DNA of 64,000 nucleotides from Candidatus Eiseniibacteriota bacterium (GTDB lineage Bacteria; Eisenbacteria; RBG-16-71-46; CAVPCR01): NCBI GenBank assembly GCA_963702435.1, contig CAVPCR010000001.1, positions 128,001 to 192,000 of the forward strand, read 5' to 3'. Shown piece by piece: positions 40,102 to 52,081 of this stretch (position 1 is its first letter; each line of letters starts with the position of its first letter). The notes under the pieces were generated by a model. It saw only the letters and a program-made list of their open reading frames with translations, ran no database searches and was not told where the DNA came from. The position numbers and the translations under genes were made by a program.

Positions 40102-42031
40102 GTAGGGTCAGGGAGTGGCGCCTGGGACCAAGGTCCTGGTTTCCACCCCCTGCCACATCAAACCGTACGTGAGGTTTTCCCTCATACGGCTTTCCGACAA
40201 CCTTCACCTCACAGCATGCGAGTATGTAGAACGCTCCGCCCCTTTGGGTAGAAGTACGTCAGGCCGCTCCAGCGTTCCCATTCCACGAATGCCTTCGGCA
40301 ACAGCTGGCCGCGCGAACCCCGGCGCTTCCGCAGGAACCGCCACAGCCGAAACCGAACGTACCGATCCAGGTCCGCCAGCTTCTTGGTGGAGTTCCCGAT
40401 CGAGAAGTAGGCCCGCCAGCCGCGAATGAAGCGGTTGAGAGCGCTCACCAACTCGGCGAGACCCACCCGAAGGCGATCCCTCGACGTTTCCCGGCGAATC
40501 TTCTCACGTACCGCGCTCATCGCCTTCTGGCTCGGCCACGCATAGGGTACCAGTCGGCCCGTCCGCCTCGACGGCATCTTGTGGAAGTGGAAGCCGAGGA
40601 AGTCGAAGCCGTCGCTCCCCATGTCGACCACGCGCGTCTTCATCGGATGCAGCGTCAACTTCAACCGCCTCAGAAACCCTGCGATGAGTTCGTGCGCCTT
40701 TGCCGCTGCCTCGCGACCACGGCACAGGACGACGAAGTCATCGCAGTAACGATGGAGCTTACCCACTCTCGTGTGACGATCCTGCCACCATCGGTCCAAC
40801 GAGTGGAGGTAGATGTTGGCTAGAACGGGGCTGATCACCCCACCCTGCGGAACGCCACACCGAGTCGCGTGTCGCTGCCGGTCGATAACGACTCCCGCTC
40901 GCAGCCACTGACTGATCAGCTTCAGCACCCGGCGATCGCTGATCCGTCGCCGGACAAGATTCATGAGAATCTCGTGGTCCACGTTGTCGAAGAAGCCCTC
41001 GATGTCTGCATCGAGAACCCACCAACTCCGGACCAGGGCCTCTTTGACCGCCAGCACCGCTTGCCCCGCGCTACGCCTCGGGCGATACCCGTGCGAGCAC
41101 GGGAGGAAGCTCGCTTCAAACACCGGCTCGATGACGATCTTGCACGCTTGCTGGACCACCCGATCTCGAACCGTCGGGATCCCCAGCGGTCGCGTGCGAC
41201 CATCCGGCTTCGGGATCTCCACCCGGAGGACTGGGCTCGGGCGATACCTCTCCGCCTTCAGGTCCTCGGCGAGGTCTCCGAGATATGCGTCGACGCCCTG
41301 TCGTTCAACATCCTCGATGCTAACGCCATCGACGCCGGCACTCCCTCCGTTCGCTCGCACTTCCTCCCAGGCCCGCCACAGTACGTCGGGCCGGACGATG
41401 CGGTCATACAGAGCGTGGAACCGTCGGCCCCGGCTCCTCTTGGCCGCAAGATACAGTCGGCGCTGGAGTTCTCGTGACTTTTCTATCGGGTGTTGTTGGC
41501 TCTTGCGAGCATGCACCGTCACTTCCCTCCCCGCTCGACGCGGTTGAAGCAGGGGAGCTTCCCTCCAGCCGGTTCTGTTGTCCGTGCCTTCAGCGGTACT
41601 ACCTCCCCCTCCGACTTCTCACGACGCGCCAGCTCAGACTTCGCATTCCCGTGCTTATACCGAGCCTTCCGGGGACTGTGCCCCCGGCACCGTGAGATCT
41701 CCCTTGTTGCCCTGATGGCTGTCCCAACATTCCGCTCCCTCTACGCCGAGGAGTTCTTCGAGGCTGCGTTTCCAGAATCTTCGCCTCTTCCATGGCCTTC
41801 GCGATGCATGAGACGCTCGGCTCTCCTCTGCTCCCCTTGCGGGGCTAACATGTCGACGCTGCAGGATTCCCTTTATGGTACGGACTGCTGGCTTGCTCCT
41901 CCTTCTCAGAGGGTTACTCCGCTTCACCACCTCCAGTCGCCCGGAGGCAGCGGGAGCCTGCTACGTGGCTCTCTGGCGATTACCACGACCGGACTCACAC
42001 CGGTAAGTCATCAGAACCTTTCAAGGCGCAC
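40102..42031 (-). mobile_element. Group IIB-type intron copy 2 (intact)
   Basis: GTGCG...CCCTAC ends, AGC-triad D5. Confidence 0.93.
40209..41522 (-). CDS. ltrA: Group II intron RT/maturase (class E-like, YCDD, no endonuclease domain)
   Basis: LQRRLYLAAK..RFHALYD, SAGVDG, PQGGVISP, RYCDD, GWRAYF. Confidence 0.93.
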   Translation of the reverse strand: MTVHARKSQQHPIEKSRELQRRLYLAAKRSRGRRFHALYDRIVRPDVLWRAWEEVRANGGSAGVDGVSIEDVERQGVDAYLGDLAEDLKAERYRPSPVLRVEIPKPDGRTRPLGIPTVRDRVVQQACKIVIEPVFEASFLPCSHGYRPRRSAGQAVLAVKEALVRSWWVLDADIEGFFDNVDHEILMNLVRRRISDRRVLKLISQWLRAGVVIDRQRHATRCGVPQGGVISPVLANIYLHSLDRWWQDRHTRVGKLHRYCDDFVVLCRGREAAAKAHELIAGFLRRLKLTLHPMKTRVVDMGSDGFDFLGFHFHKMPSRRTGRLVPYAWPSQKAMSAVREKIRRETSRDRLRVGLAELVSALNRFIRGWRAYFSIGNSTKKLADLDRYVRFRLWRFLRKRRGSRGQLLPKAFVEWERWSGLTYFYPKGRSVLHTRML

Positions 42032-42051
42032 CATGCTGTTGTTAGGCAGTG

Positions 42052-43080
42052 TCATTGCTCGCTCCGGGGTTCTTCAGCTTCCGCGCGGAAACCCAAATCA
42101 TCTCGCTGAACCAGCTCCTCTGCCCGTCGCAGAGTGTGCTCACGTCGTTGGCTCTCACTGAAGGCCGAGCGAGCCAGTGTCAGATACCAGAGGTTCATTC
42201 GCCGGGCGACTACGTTGTGGTCTACCCCGTCACTCTGTGTTTCGTCCCTCCAGACGAGCGTGATCCAAAACACAAGGTCCTTGCCACCGCTCGCCGCCTG
42301 AACCTCGCCAATTGTCTGTTTGAACGATTGGCCTCGTCGATCGACGGTTAGTGAGATCGATGGACCAGTCGAAGTTCCGAGGTCGGCGAAGTTTGTCCAC
42401 TTCAGGGACACCCCCAGCAGTTCCTGTACCGCATCGACACAGTTCTCGACAGTAAGGTCCGGTGCAAAAGGGACTTCGAGCTCGACGGGCGTCCAGTTGT
42501 TCCTGATCTTGAGTACGAGATTTCCCCGGGAGATGAGACTCTCACACTTGCTTACGTACTCGTCAAAGTACCGGGCCTTGCGAAAGGCCTCGACGACCTG
42601 AGCCTCGCTTACGGTTACGCGGAAATCGAAACGGCCCATGACGCGATCGAAGTGCTTCGAGCACAGCGCGTCCCAGTGCTCTGGACCTAAGAACTCTATC
42701 TTGTCGTTCCTGAGGTCAAGGCTGGCACCCTCGGCGAGAATACTCTTGATCGCGCTTCCGGTGTAGTTCGCGTTCGTCGCATACGCGTAGCAATCCCATT
42801 CGATCACTGATCGCATCGCAGCAGCAGCTTTCAAGGACTTGATGCTCTCCGGTGCCGAGAGTGAACCCAGAGCCCCGCGTTCGTCGCTCTTGCACTGGAA
42901 GGCGGTCTTCGTCGGCTGACGTAGGATATCGATACCCCCATCTGGAGCGCACAAACGCTGAAGGCCCGCTAGCCCATGCTCTGCTGAGAGCAGGTCAAAG
43001 CAGAGCGACTCCCACGCGTTGCCGAACGTGGTGTCCGGAGGCTGTACCTTGAGGAACTCGGCTGAGAAGCTGTATCGCAT
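42052..43080 (-). CDS. PD-(D/E)xK restriction-endonuclease-like cassette protein
   Basis: WESLC...PDGGIDI...FQCKS...YATN motif pattern. Confidence 0.72.
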   Translation of the reverse strand: MRYSFSAEFLKVQPPDTTFGNAWESLCFDLLSAEHGLAGLQRLCAPDGGIDILRQPTKTAFQCKSDERGALGSLSAPESIKSLKAAAAMRSVIEWDCYAYATNANYTGSAIKSILAEGASLDLRNDKIEFLGPEHWDALCSKHFDRVMGRFDFRVTVSEAQVVEAFRKARYFDEYVSKCESLISRGNLVLKIRNNWTPVELEVPFAPDLTVENCVDAVQELLGVSLKWTNFADLGTSTGPSISLTVDRRGQSFKQTIGEVQAASGGKDLVFWITLVWRDETQSDGVDHNVVARRMNLWYLTLARSAFSESQRREHTLRRAEELVQRDDLGFRAEAEEPRSEQ

Positions 43081-43092
43081 CGGTTCCTTGCT

Positions 43093-43194
43093 GCCTAACG
43101 CTCGCCTTCAGCCGCCGCCGAGGCGCGGAGCGCCGAGGGAACCGCAAGCGCGCGAAGCCCGCTTGCGGCGGTCGGCTGCAAGGCGTGGTTGGGC
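43093..43194 (-). other. attC
   Basis: GCCCAAC CACGCCTTGCAGCCGACCGCCG...CGGCGGCGGCTGAAGGCGAGC GTTAGGC with two extra bases. Confidence 0.92.
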
Positions 43195-43956
43195 GTCAAA
43201 TCTCGAAGGATTGTCCACATTCCGAATTCGGCCAAATCTTGTCATTCACCATGCAACACTTGCCGCCTGAGAGCCGCCCTTCGACGCGCCAAAGAGTGAC
43301 GAGGCAGCCCAAGTGCCTTCAGGACGAAGCAGACTGCCGACTCCACTAGGCACAGCGATCATGCGCCGTGGCGTGGAGAGCTGAGTTCCCAACCACCGAC
43401 CATCGTGCACGCACCGGTCGAAGTGAAGACCACCTGCGCGGACAAGCTACTGGACGTGGCTGGCGGAGAGCAGCGCGGCCCGCCGCGGCGAGCCGGTCGA
43501 TCTGTGCCTTCAGGTTCTGCAGCGCGCCGTAACCTATCGCGACGCGCACAGCGAGCTTTCCATTCACGGACTCGGGGAGCTTCCCGCCGGAGCGCGCGAC
43601 GCGCGGAAAGCTTAGGATAATCAATTCCCCGCCGCAACGGCATTCTGGTGCCGGAAGTCGCCCAAGCGGTGCATATGAGTCTAATGACGGCAATTCTATT
43701 CGCCTGATCACGGTAACCTGCGTCGTAGGCGGCGCATGAGCGAGCCAGAAACCCTAGCTACTCTCTCAGATCCTTCGAGAGCTGTACTTTTCGGCCTTGA
43801 CACTACCTCGGCCTGTTGCGGTGGGACATAGAGAATCCAGTGACGTCTAACGTGTCGCGGATGCAGCACGCACCACGGATTTAGGACGAGGCGCACCGAC
43901 AGCAGAGGCGCAGGGACGGTCGGCTAGGTAGACTCGACCAGTTGTGGAATGCGCTC

Positions 43957-46900
43957 TTACTGCGCCGATGGCGGTTCGTCGTCCGGAACTCCTCCACCAG
44001 AGAGTCCACCGCCAATAGCACCCCAGAACAAAGCAGGTATTCTGTCGATCTGCTGGATACGATTGGCAGCTTCCTCGCGGCCCCCATTCCCTTCAGGAAC
44101 CGTTGCGGATCATGCAGGTGATGGCGCATCGGTGTAACCCAGTTTCCGAGGAAGGGCGACTTTACACGCTTCAGCCACTGCGGGAGAGAACGCTTCGGAA
44201 TCCAGTGAGAGAACTCCAAGCCTTCAGCGCGCGCAGCGGCTGCGGTCGCTCTCGCCGATCTCCCAAGGAGACCGACGCCCGATGGAAGCGCGGCACGAGC
44301 GCCACCAACCCCTCCCAGCGCGAAGCCCGCTACGGCTCCTCCTGCCGTATAAGCGCCTGACTCTATGTCCACGTCTCCGGTCATGCCTGCCGCGATACGC
44401 ACTGCTTCTGTGACGCTTCCGGGGAGAATGCCCGCTGCTTCGAGGACCGGCTTCCAAGCGCCCAACAGCAGGTTCTCAAAGTCGGTGCTCGTCAGCGTAT
44501 CCGCGACTCCCCATGCAAACGCCGATGCGGTGCTCCTCGACCTCTGGTCGGGCTTGCGCTCCTGGTCAGACGGTCGCTCTGACTTCCGCACTCGGTAGAA
44601 ATACTCGTCCTCAAGCTCGGCCCACATTGCCGCCGTAACTCCTGTGGCATCTGATTGGAGAGGAGTGCCCGAAATGAATTCTCTCGGTTCTGTGCCGAGT
44701 GGATCTACGAAACGCAGTGGGTTGTCCCAAGCGTACTCATACGCATTGAACCCGCCGCACACCTCCGTCCGATCACGCTGCAAGAAGCGACCAACTTCAG
44801 GCGCAAACTCACGCGCGCGCAAGTCGTACATGTCGATCTCGCGATCAAATCGACGTCCAGCAAAGCAGACACGGTTGAACGGCACGGAATCCGCAACGAA
44901 ACCTCCAAATGCGTCGTAGCGATGCCCTCCTGTAGTCGCGCCTGCTGCGTTGCTAAGCACTCGTGTTGAACCCAGCACGTCCTTGTGAAGCCAGTAATCG
45001 TTTCCTGCCCGCGAGAGCTGGCATATCGGCATCGGTTCTCACTTCGTGGACGTACTGAGCACCTAGCGCGCCATCCTCGTATTCCTCCAAGACATTGAGC
45101 CCATCCGAGACGAGGTGTACTACGTGTCCTCCCCGTACCTCGGCGATGCGCCTTCCCAAGCAGTCGTGGAAGTAGCGAGCGACACCCGCGCCGGTCGCAC
45201 TGTCAACAACGCGAACAAGCAGATCTCGTGAGTCGTAGATGTACTGTCGCGCCCCGTCCGAGACCAGATTGCCATTCCGGTCATAGGAAAGGGCCACGGA
45301 ACCCACACGCTGGTATTCGTTCAGCGCATTGGAAACGTAGTTCACGGCTGGCAACGCTGGCCGCTGCTCACGGATCCGATTGGCCGCTGAGTCGTAGGCA
45401 AAGGTGGCATTTGCGGCATCCTGCGCCAGAGACCCCAGCCGTGCGTTGATCATCGTCTGCCGAGGTGGGATGGGGTCTATCGGCCGACCTGTCGCGGGCG
45501 CAAAGGGCGCCGGATTGAAGGTGGCGATACCATCCGGCTTGATGCGTGTTAGCCGATAAATAGAGTCATACTCGAACCGTTCGCCACTGGCGCCCGTGGC
45601 CCCGATGTCATTTCGAAAGCGCATGTTGCCGACACCATCGTACAGGTGCTGCAGCGAAAGAATCGGCAGCCCGACCGCGTCGCGGTGCTCGATCTGAATG
45701 GCTCGGCCGGCGGCGTCGTACTGGTACCCGGTGTTGAATCCGTTGCCGCAATGGAGAACCCCGGTTCTCAGCCCACGGTAGTCGATCCGAAGTACATCGC
45801 GCGGGTCAGAGTGTAAGGTAGACCCAGGGTATGCACTGCCCTTCGCGATGTTGACGATCTTCACAACGCGATTCACGCCGTCGCGGTCATATCGGATGAC
45901 TCGGCCATCTGGATAAGTAAGGTATCGGATTGCCCCAAGCTCGTCGTGCGCTCGCGTGATTGTGCGCACCGGGGACGCTGGTGCTGGCGATGTCACCTCG
46001 ATCGACTCCCAGAACATGCGCCCCAGAGAATCCACCTTCCTGGCTACGGTCGCGAAGTCATTAACCTCGGACAACGCCCGACCCAAGGCGTCGTAGGTGC
46101 AACGTTCGAAGTTCTCTCCCTCGATCACGATGCCGGCTGGGACGCCCGAGCGGTCCACATCAACGCGAAATCGACGGCCAAGGGCATCGAACTTGGCACG
46201 GCGAATGGCGCCGTTGTTGTCCTTGACAAGGACGATGTTGTCGTCCTCGTCGTAGTCAGTCTGATACTCCGTCGTATCCGGGTAGACGACGGCTCTCCGC
46301 CGATCAAGCGCGTCAAATCGCTGCTCGATGCGATTCCCGTTGCCGTCGATATGACCGGTCACGTTTCCGTTTCCGTCGTACTCGAATAGCGTCTTGATCG
46401 TGCCTGCTGCCGAACCATTCCCTAACCCTGTGGCTGTGAGGTCGCGGAGCTCACTCACCTTGCGGTTGTGCACGTCATACTCGTAGCGGACCACATTGCC
46501 GAGGGGATCGGTCGTTCGAACAAGGTTGTTTCTGCTGTCGTACGCGTGCCGAGTGACGTTCCCAAGGCTGTCCGTCACGATGATCAGACGGTCGAGTTCA
46601 TCGTATTGATAGGCAGTGGGAAATACTTCCGTTCCGGTTACTTGACCCGAGGCCGGATCAATCAGCGTCTCAATGAGGTCGCGCCGCGTGGCGTTGCCGT
46701 GCGCGTCGTACTGGGTTTCGGTGCGGTTGCCCAAGTGGTCCCACTCTGCCCACTTTCGATCGAGGGCGTCGAATCGCGCGTGGGTACTCTGACCCTTTGC
46801 GTTGACGGTTCGGATCAGCCGTCCCTTGGCGTCGTAGTAGTACTCCGTCTCGATCAGCGTGCCAGGGCCCGGTGAAGCAAGGTACGCCGTTCGGATGTTT

Positions 46901-49662
46901 CCGACGGCAATGGGCAGTCGAAAAAGGTTGTGTCCTTCACGAGCGAGACGATTCAACTCGTCATAGGTGTACTCGCCGCGTGAAAGCAACGAGTAGCTGC
47001 CACCAGCGCCTCGCTCGAAAAAGCGCTCCGCTGTGATGTTTCCCGCCTTGTCATGCGTAAGATATGTCCTGTTACCAAGCGCATCCTCGATCACTTCGAT
47101 TCGACCGAGTGCGTCATATCGGAAGGTGGTTGGGAAGTCACGGCCACTAATCGCGCGGCTGCGTCGACCATCGCCGTCAAACTCTGCTCGCGATGTGGAG
47201 GCGTCCGGGGATCCCGAGCCCCGAACGATCGTCCGCTCCAACAAACGGTCATCGTAACGACGCCTCACGACGCCGCCCGCCGGAGTGAATGTGGCCGTCA
47301 GAGTGGCCGCCGCGTCGTACCGATGCCGGGTGACGTGGTGAGAAGACAGATCGATACCGCCGAGGCTGTGCCGTATCACCTGTTTCTGCTCCTCGTAGCA
47401 GAATGTCTGGACTTCCTTTCCGCCAAGAACGGGGCGGCCTGTTTCATCGAGGATGTCTCGCTCCATGCGTACGACCAAGCCACTGGGGTCGTAGAGGGAC
47501 TCGGTGACGTAGTCGAATGGGGGAGACGCGTGGGTGCGCACGATCTGGTTGCGCTCGTTGACCTCGAAGCGATTAACGAAGCGGCCGCATGCCGCTCCGA
47601 CCGACCGTGGGTGGTGGATAGCCGTCACGACCCCCACGTCGTTAACTTCGAACTCGGTCGTGACGGCTAAGCCGCCGGGATCAATGGTCTGCTTCTTGAC
47701 GTACCCTTCCTTGATGCCGTCGGAGGCGCCGAAATATATCGTCTCCGTCACCACGCCCGCGCGGTCGAGCTGGCGCTGCAGTCGGCCCCACGGGTCGTAC
47801 TGGGTGAACTGTTCGGCCGCGCCCGGCTGGACCGTTCCATCCGCCTGCGTTGTAGCCGGGTACCGAATGCGAGCGAGAAAGCGATGGGGATCTCCGCTTG
47901 GCCCGGAATATTCGTGTTGCGTCAGCGTCGCGAAATAGGATGCTCGTTCAAGGTGCCCTGGGTCGGCGCTCTCTGTAAAGCGAGGATCAGACGCGGCCAA
48001 GATCTGCTGGTAATGCGGCTCATAGGTGTACTTCGTCACCACGTCTTCGGGATCAGTCGCAAGAACGTCCGGGAAGAAGTCCCCCCACACACCCCGACTC
48101 AAGTTCATAGTCTCTAACGTGTAGCGCTTGCCTCGGCGGACCATGGCGAGCAGATTGTCAAATCCCAAGCGCTCTTGGGCGGTGAGGGCGGAATGCTGCG
48201 ATACCTCGTCGTCGCTGATGCCATGCCCGAGCAAGTAGTGATCGCGACCGTAGTAGTACTGGGTCACGCTGCCTTCCGGCGAGAGCATGCCGATCAGCGC
48301 ACCGTCGCTGTTGTAGCGATAGCGCCACTGGCGGAGACGGCGTTTGCCACCTTCAAGGACGTACTCCTCTTTCAGAATGAGGTTGCCGCATTCGTTATAG
48401 ATGTAGTGGATAGGATGACCGTTGCGCTCGACGAAGTTCACCTGCCGCCAAGGGGCCTCTGCATCAGCGTACGAGTATCCAAACTCATTCACCACCTGCT
48501 CGTACTCAAAGGAAGATTCCCCCTGACCCAGTCGCTGTCGCACGACCTTGTTGTAGTTCACAAGTCCTTCGTCGGCCCCGTACTCGTTCTCCACGTAGAC
48601 GCGACCGGCGGGATCGATGATGCGCAGAAGGTTATGTTGCAGATTCCCGGCGAAGGCGCCGGACGTGTACTCGTAGTAGACGGTCGATCCGGCCGGGTAC
48701 TGGGCCGTCGCAGGAAGGGTAAAGGCGACGAGGTCGCTTAGGTCGTCATAGGCGTAGTGCCAGGAGCGTCCGGTGTAATCTCGGATCCGCTCGATCCGGC
48801 CCTGTGGGTCGTAGTCGAAGGTGACGACGCGGTTCGGGTGGTTGACGAGGACACGAGCCAAGCGTCCGGGGACATTCGGGTCGTAAGCCAGGGCAAGATG
48901 GTTTCCAAAGCGGTCTTCGATGCGCTCGGCCAGGTGGACAGTCGGATTGGACGGATCAGGTACGTAGTGGCACCGGATTCCCTCAGCCGACCGCCAGACA
49001 AAAGAGACACCAAGCGAAGTATTGCGCTCTACTATGACGCCTTTGACACCGGCCGGCGACACCCAGTAATCAAACCCTGCCTGCCCAAACTTCGGATGCC
49101 GAGTGTAGACGTCCTCCCGTAGAGCGCCGGAGGAGCGGACTACGTTGGTGCCAACTTGACGGATCCAGAGGTTGTAGCTGTGATCCCACGTGGCTCCAAG
49201 CGGTCCCCAATATTTTGCCTGGTGCTTGTAGACGCGGCGAAACACGAAGTCCATGCCTGCACCGTCGACCGAGATATCTTCGATCTCGTGCACAAACTGA
49301 CCGCTGAACATGTCCACCGGATCCGCCGCTTGATGCCGCTGCCGCTGCGGAGGCTCAACGGACACCACGGCCTTCTGCTTGGTGAGACCCAGGAGATACG
49401 CGTCGGCTGTGCTCGCGATTCTCGCCTCGCCCTGGAATCCAAAGTCCGCCAGGAACTCGGCAACGATCCCGTCTCGGAACGAAGGGTCCTGAAGCTCTGC
49501 TTCGCTAAATGCTATTTCCCCGAGCAGTGCGTTCAGATACTCGCTCACGAGACGGAGCGTCTCGTCCGACACCCCTTCGTCAACATAGTTGCCGAGCAGA
49601 TCAGCGTGTCGTTCTGCGAGCGCTGGGTCTTGATCCTGCCAATGTTCTGTGGCATCCGGCAC
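43957..49662 (-). CDS. Rhs/YD-repeat protein with putative His-metal nuclease-like toxin tip (frameshifts ~45030 and ~44055)
   Basis: ADPVDMFSGQF (DUF6531-like) start, many YD repeats, core end YAWDNPLRFVDPLG, tip EFSHWIP..GNWV..H..HD. Confidence 0.85.
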
Positions 49663-49703
49663 AGCGCATCCCTCCGCTGTTCAAGGTGACCCCATTGCTG
49701 CCA

Positions 49704-52081
49704 CTACTTGCCTTTGTCCGTTGGCCGAGACTCCTCGCGCTTCACCACAGCTGAATCCCGTGCCCGATCCCACTTTGGTCCAATCGCGGCCGGCTTCAGC
49801 CCGAGCATCAGGCGGCGCGCATCCGCGGCTGCTCGTGCCGACAACCCCGTTTTCCTCATCAACGATTTGAGATCGAGCTTAAGAGCCTCATCGAGCGTGC
49901 AGTTCTCGCCCAATGCTTGCGCAACAGACGCCGGCAAACCCTCGACGGCCTCGAGCTTACGCTCAAGAATGTCCCGGGGCAGCAGGGCTTTGATGCGATT
50001 CTTGAAGTAGTCAGTATCCAGAAAGCCCATCTCGCCATAGGTGTGCCGACTGGGTCGGCGCCAACTGGTCACCATTTCTGCTTGGATACTGCGGAGCAAC
50101 TCTCTCAGCGCCGGTGTACGGGGAGCAGCTGCAAGCTCCCGGCCTAACAGCGCAGCGCTTATCTGAATCGTCGATTCTTGGACTACGCTGTCCCATTTCG
50201 AAGCATCCTTCCCTGGATTCGCGATGGATAAGACCCGCGGGCATTCCTTTTCCCATTGAACGCAAGCACAGAGGCCTCGAGCAGTGAGGAAAAAGGGTGT
50301 TGGAAGAACTGCGCTCGAAGGCAGTGGTTCTGCTCGACGCAGGAGCACGCGATAGTCCCGTTCAAATCTCGCGTCATGCTTAGTGGGGGCGTTCGATGAG
50401 TGAAACTCGCCCTGCACTTGGACCGTACTGTCGTCTATTGCTTGGTAGTTGTACGAGCCGGGTCTAAGACTATCCTTCGCCTGACGGTTGGAATGATCAG
50501 TGCCTTCCAGAATCCCTGGGTGGCCCGAATCGCCCTTGAAAGGTCTTTTGTCGATGACCCAGCCTTCCTGTATCCTGTGCGTCGAACTTGGATCGTTCTC
50601 GATTTTTGCTTTGGTGTCGGCGAATGCGTTGTAACTGCCACTCTTGCAGGCCGTGACAACGAAGTCCTCATGACTCTCCTCATATTCTGGTTGTGGCTCT
50701 GGCGGTCTATAACTCGATGGGAAGTGACCCGTTTCGAGAAGAGCTTCTATGCACATGCCGTCGATGTTCTTAGCGTGCGAGACTATTAAGAAGAAATCTT
50801 GGACGCCCTCTATGTATCGGAGCCCCTGAACTAAAGTCCTGCGTTCGGTTGGCTGCAGGATGTGGGGTCGCGGGAGCATCAAAAAGACGGCGCGATTCGT
50901 ACCCGGATGGTAGCCAGTCAGAAGGTTGTACATTCGATTTATGTTTGTTGTCGTGCCATGGCTCTCGCGGCGCTCTCGCGAGGCGTCCGTTTGGGTCGTT
51001 CGTGTGTCCTGATCTGTTTCCCCCCATGTGCGCGTGAGGCCGGCTTTGCCCTTAACCGAGACCACCCCAATCGATCCGCCGACCTCGGCTCCCAAGGACA
51101 GCCCGGTTTCTGTTGATTCCGTGTGAGAGAGGGTTTTATCTGTTTTGATTCCGGACACAGAGGCCGTCAGTATTTCACCGGTCTCGGTAGCTGCTTGATA
51201 CAGGTCTCGTACCTTTGGCTCGAAGTCGACAATCCGTGGGAGATCCTCGATCGCGGTTTTTTGGGCCGCTCGACACGATGGAACAGATCAATGCCTAGAA
51301 GGTAGGCTTTGTTCTCCGGCGCCTCAAATATGACTCGATCTATTCCCCCATCGTGTGAGATGGCCAGGTGGCGAGCCTGACCTGGAGTTGTCCCATCGAT
51401 GATGTCTTGACCCACGAATGCTTGGCCCTTGAATGCCTTCATCACGAGTGGCTTCGAGCTGTAATGGACAGCGTGTGCACGCACTTCATCGGACAAGGGA
51501 AAGCAGATCTCCATCTCGTTGAAGAGATCGAGCTCTGCTCGCCCGTCTCCCCCAGGCGGATGCTGATCAACAGTGCGGTTTAGCGGCCGCCCTGTTGCCT
51601 TGAAGGTTACCTCGTCTTGGTGGAGAGGGTTGGGCAGATCGCAGAGTTTGTAGATATCGCGCGCGAAGGAAATGCTCTTATACTGTTCTAGCGTTTGCTC
51701 GTACTCTTGCTTCGGAAAGACGGCGACATTCAAGAGCACGCCATAGCAGGCGAAGTATTCACCAAGCACTCTTTCAACCTGTTCGGTCGGAATATCCGGA
51801 AACTCCGCCTTGCCTCTATATATCTCGTTGGCAAGGCGAGTTTCTTCTTCGGAAGGCTGGTAGCCGGTTATCGAGCAGCTAATCTTGAGATACGTAATCC
51901 GATCTCCGCACATCTCCTCCGGTAGATCTTCGAGTTTCGGCTGGTATGCAGAGATCGAGAGGGAAGATCTCCATGCGAAGGGGAACTTCTTATTGCAGTA
52001 ACGCGTATCGAGCATGTCCGGGCTCGCCGCAATAAGCTTCCACGGAATGTTGATAGGGAGATTCATCGTTTGCGAAGACAT
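49704..52081 (-). CDS. Hypothetical protein with Ser/Thr-flanked amphipathic beta-hairpin (frameshift in A6 run ~51258)
   Basis: Two ORFs join via ..PRIVDFEPKVRDLYQAATETGEILTASVSGIKTDK; co-oriented with and 41 bp upstream of Rhs gene. Confidence 0.7.

Larger units (their letters stand above)
40057..42047 (-). other. attC split by group II intron
   Basis: GCCTAAC AACAGCATG|CAGCGGACG...CGCCGCTGATGTTGAGC GTTCTGA. Confidence 0.9.

Noticed and set aside
43346..43896. ORFs 43346-43711 and 43708-43896 as Rhs immunity genes
   Set aside because: No clear RBS, atypical composition, no recognisable family
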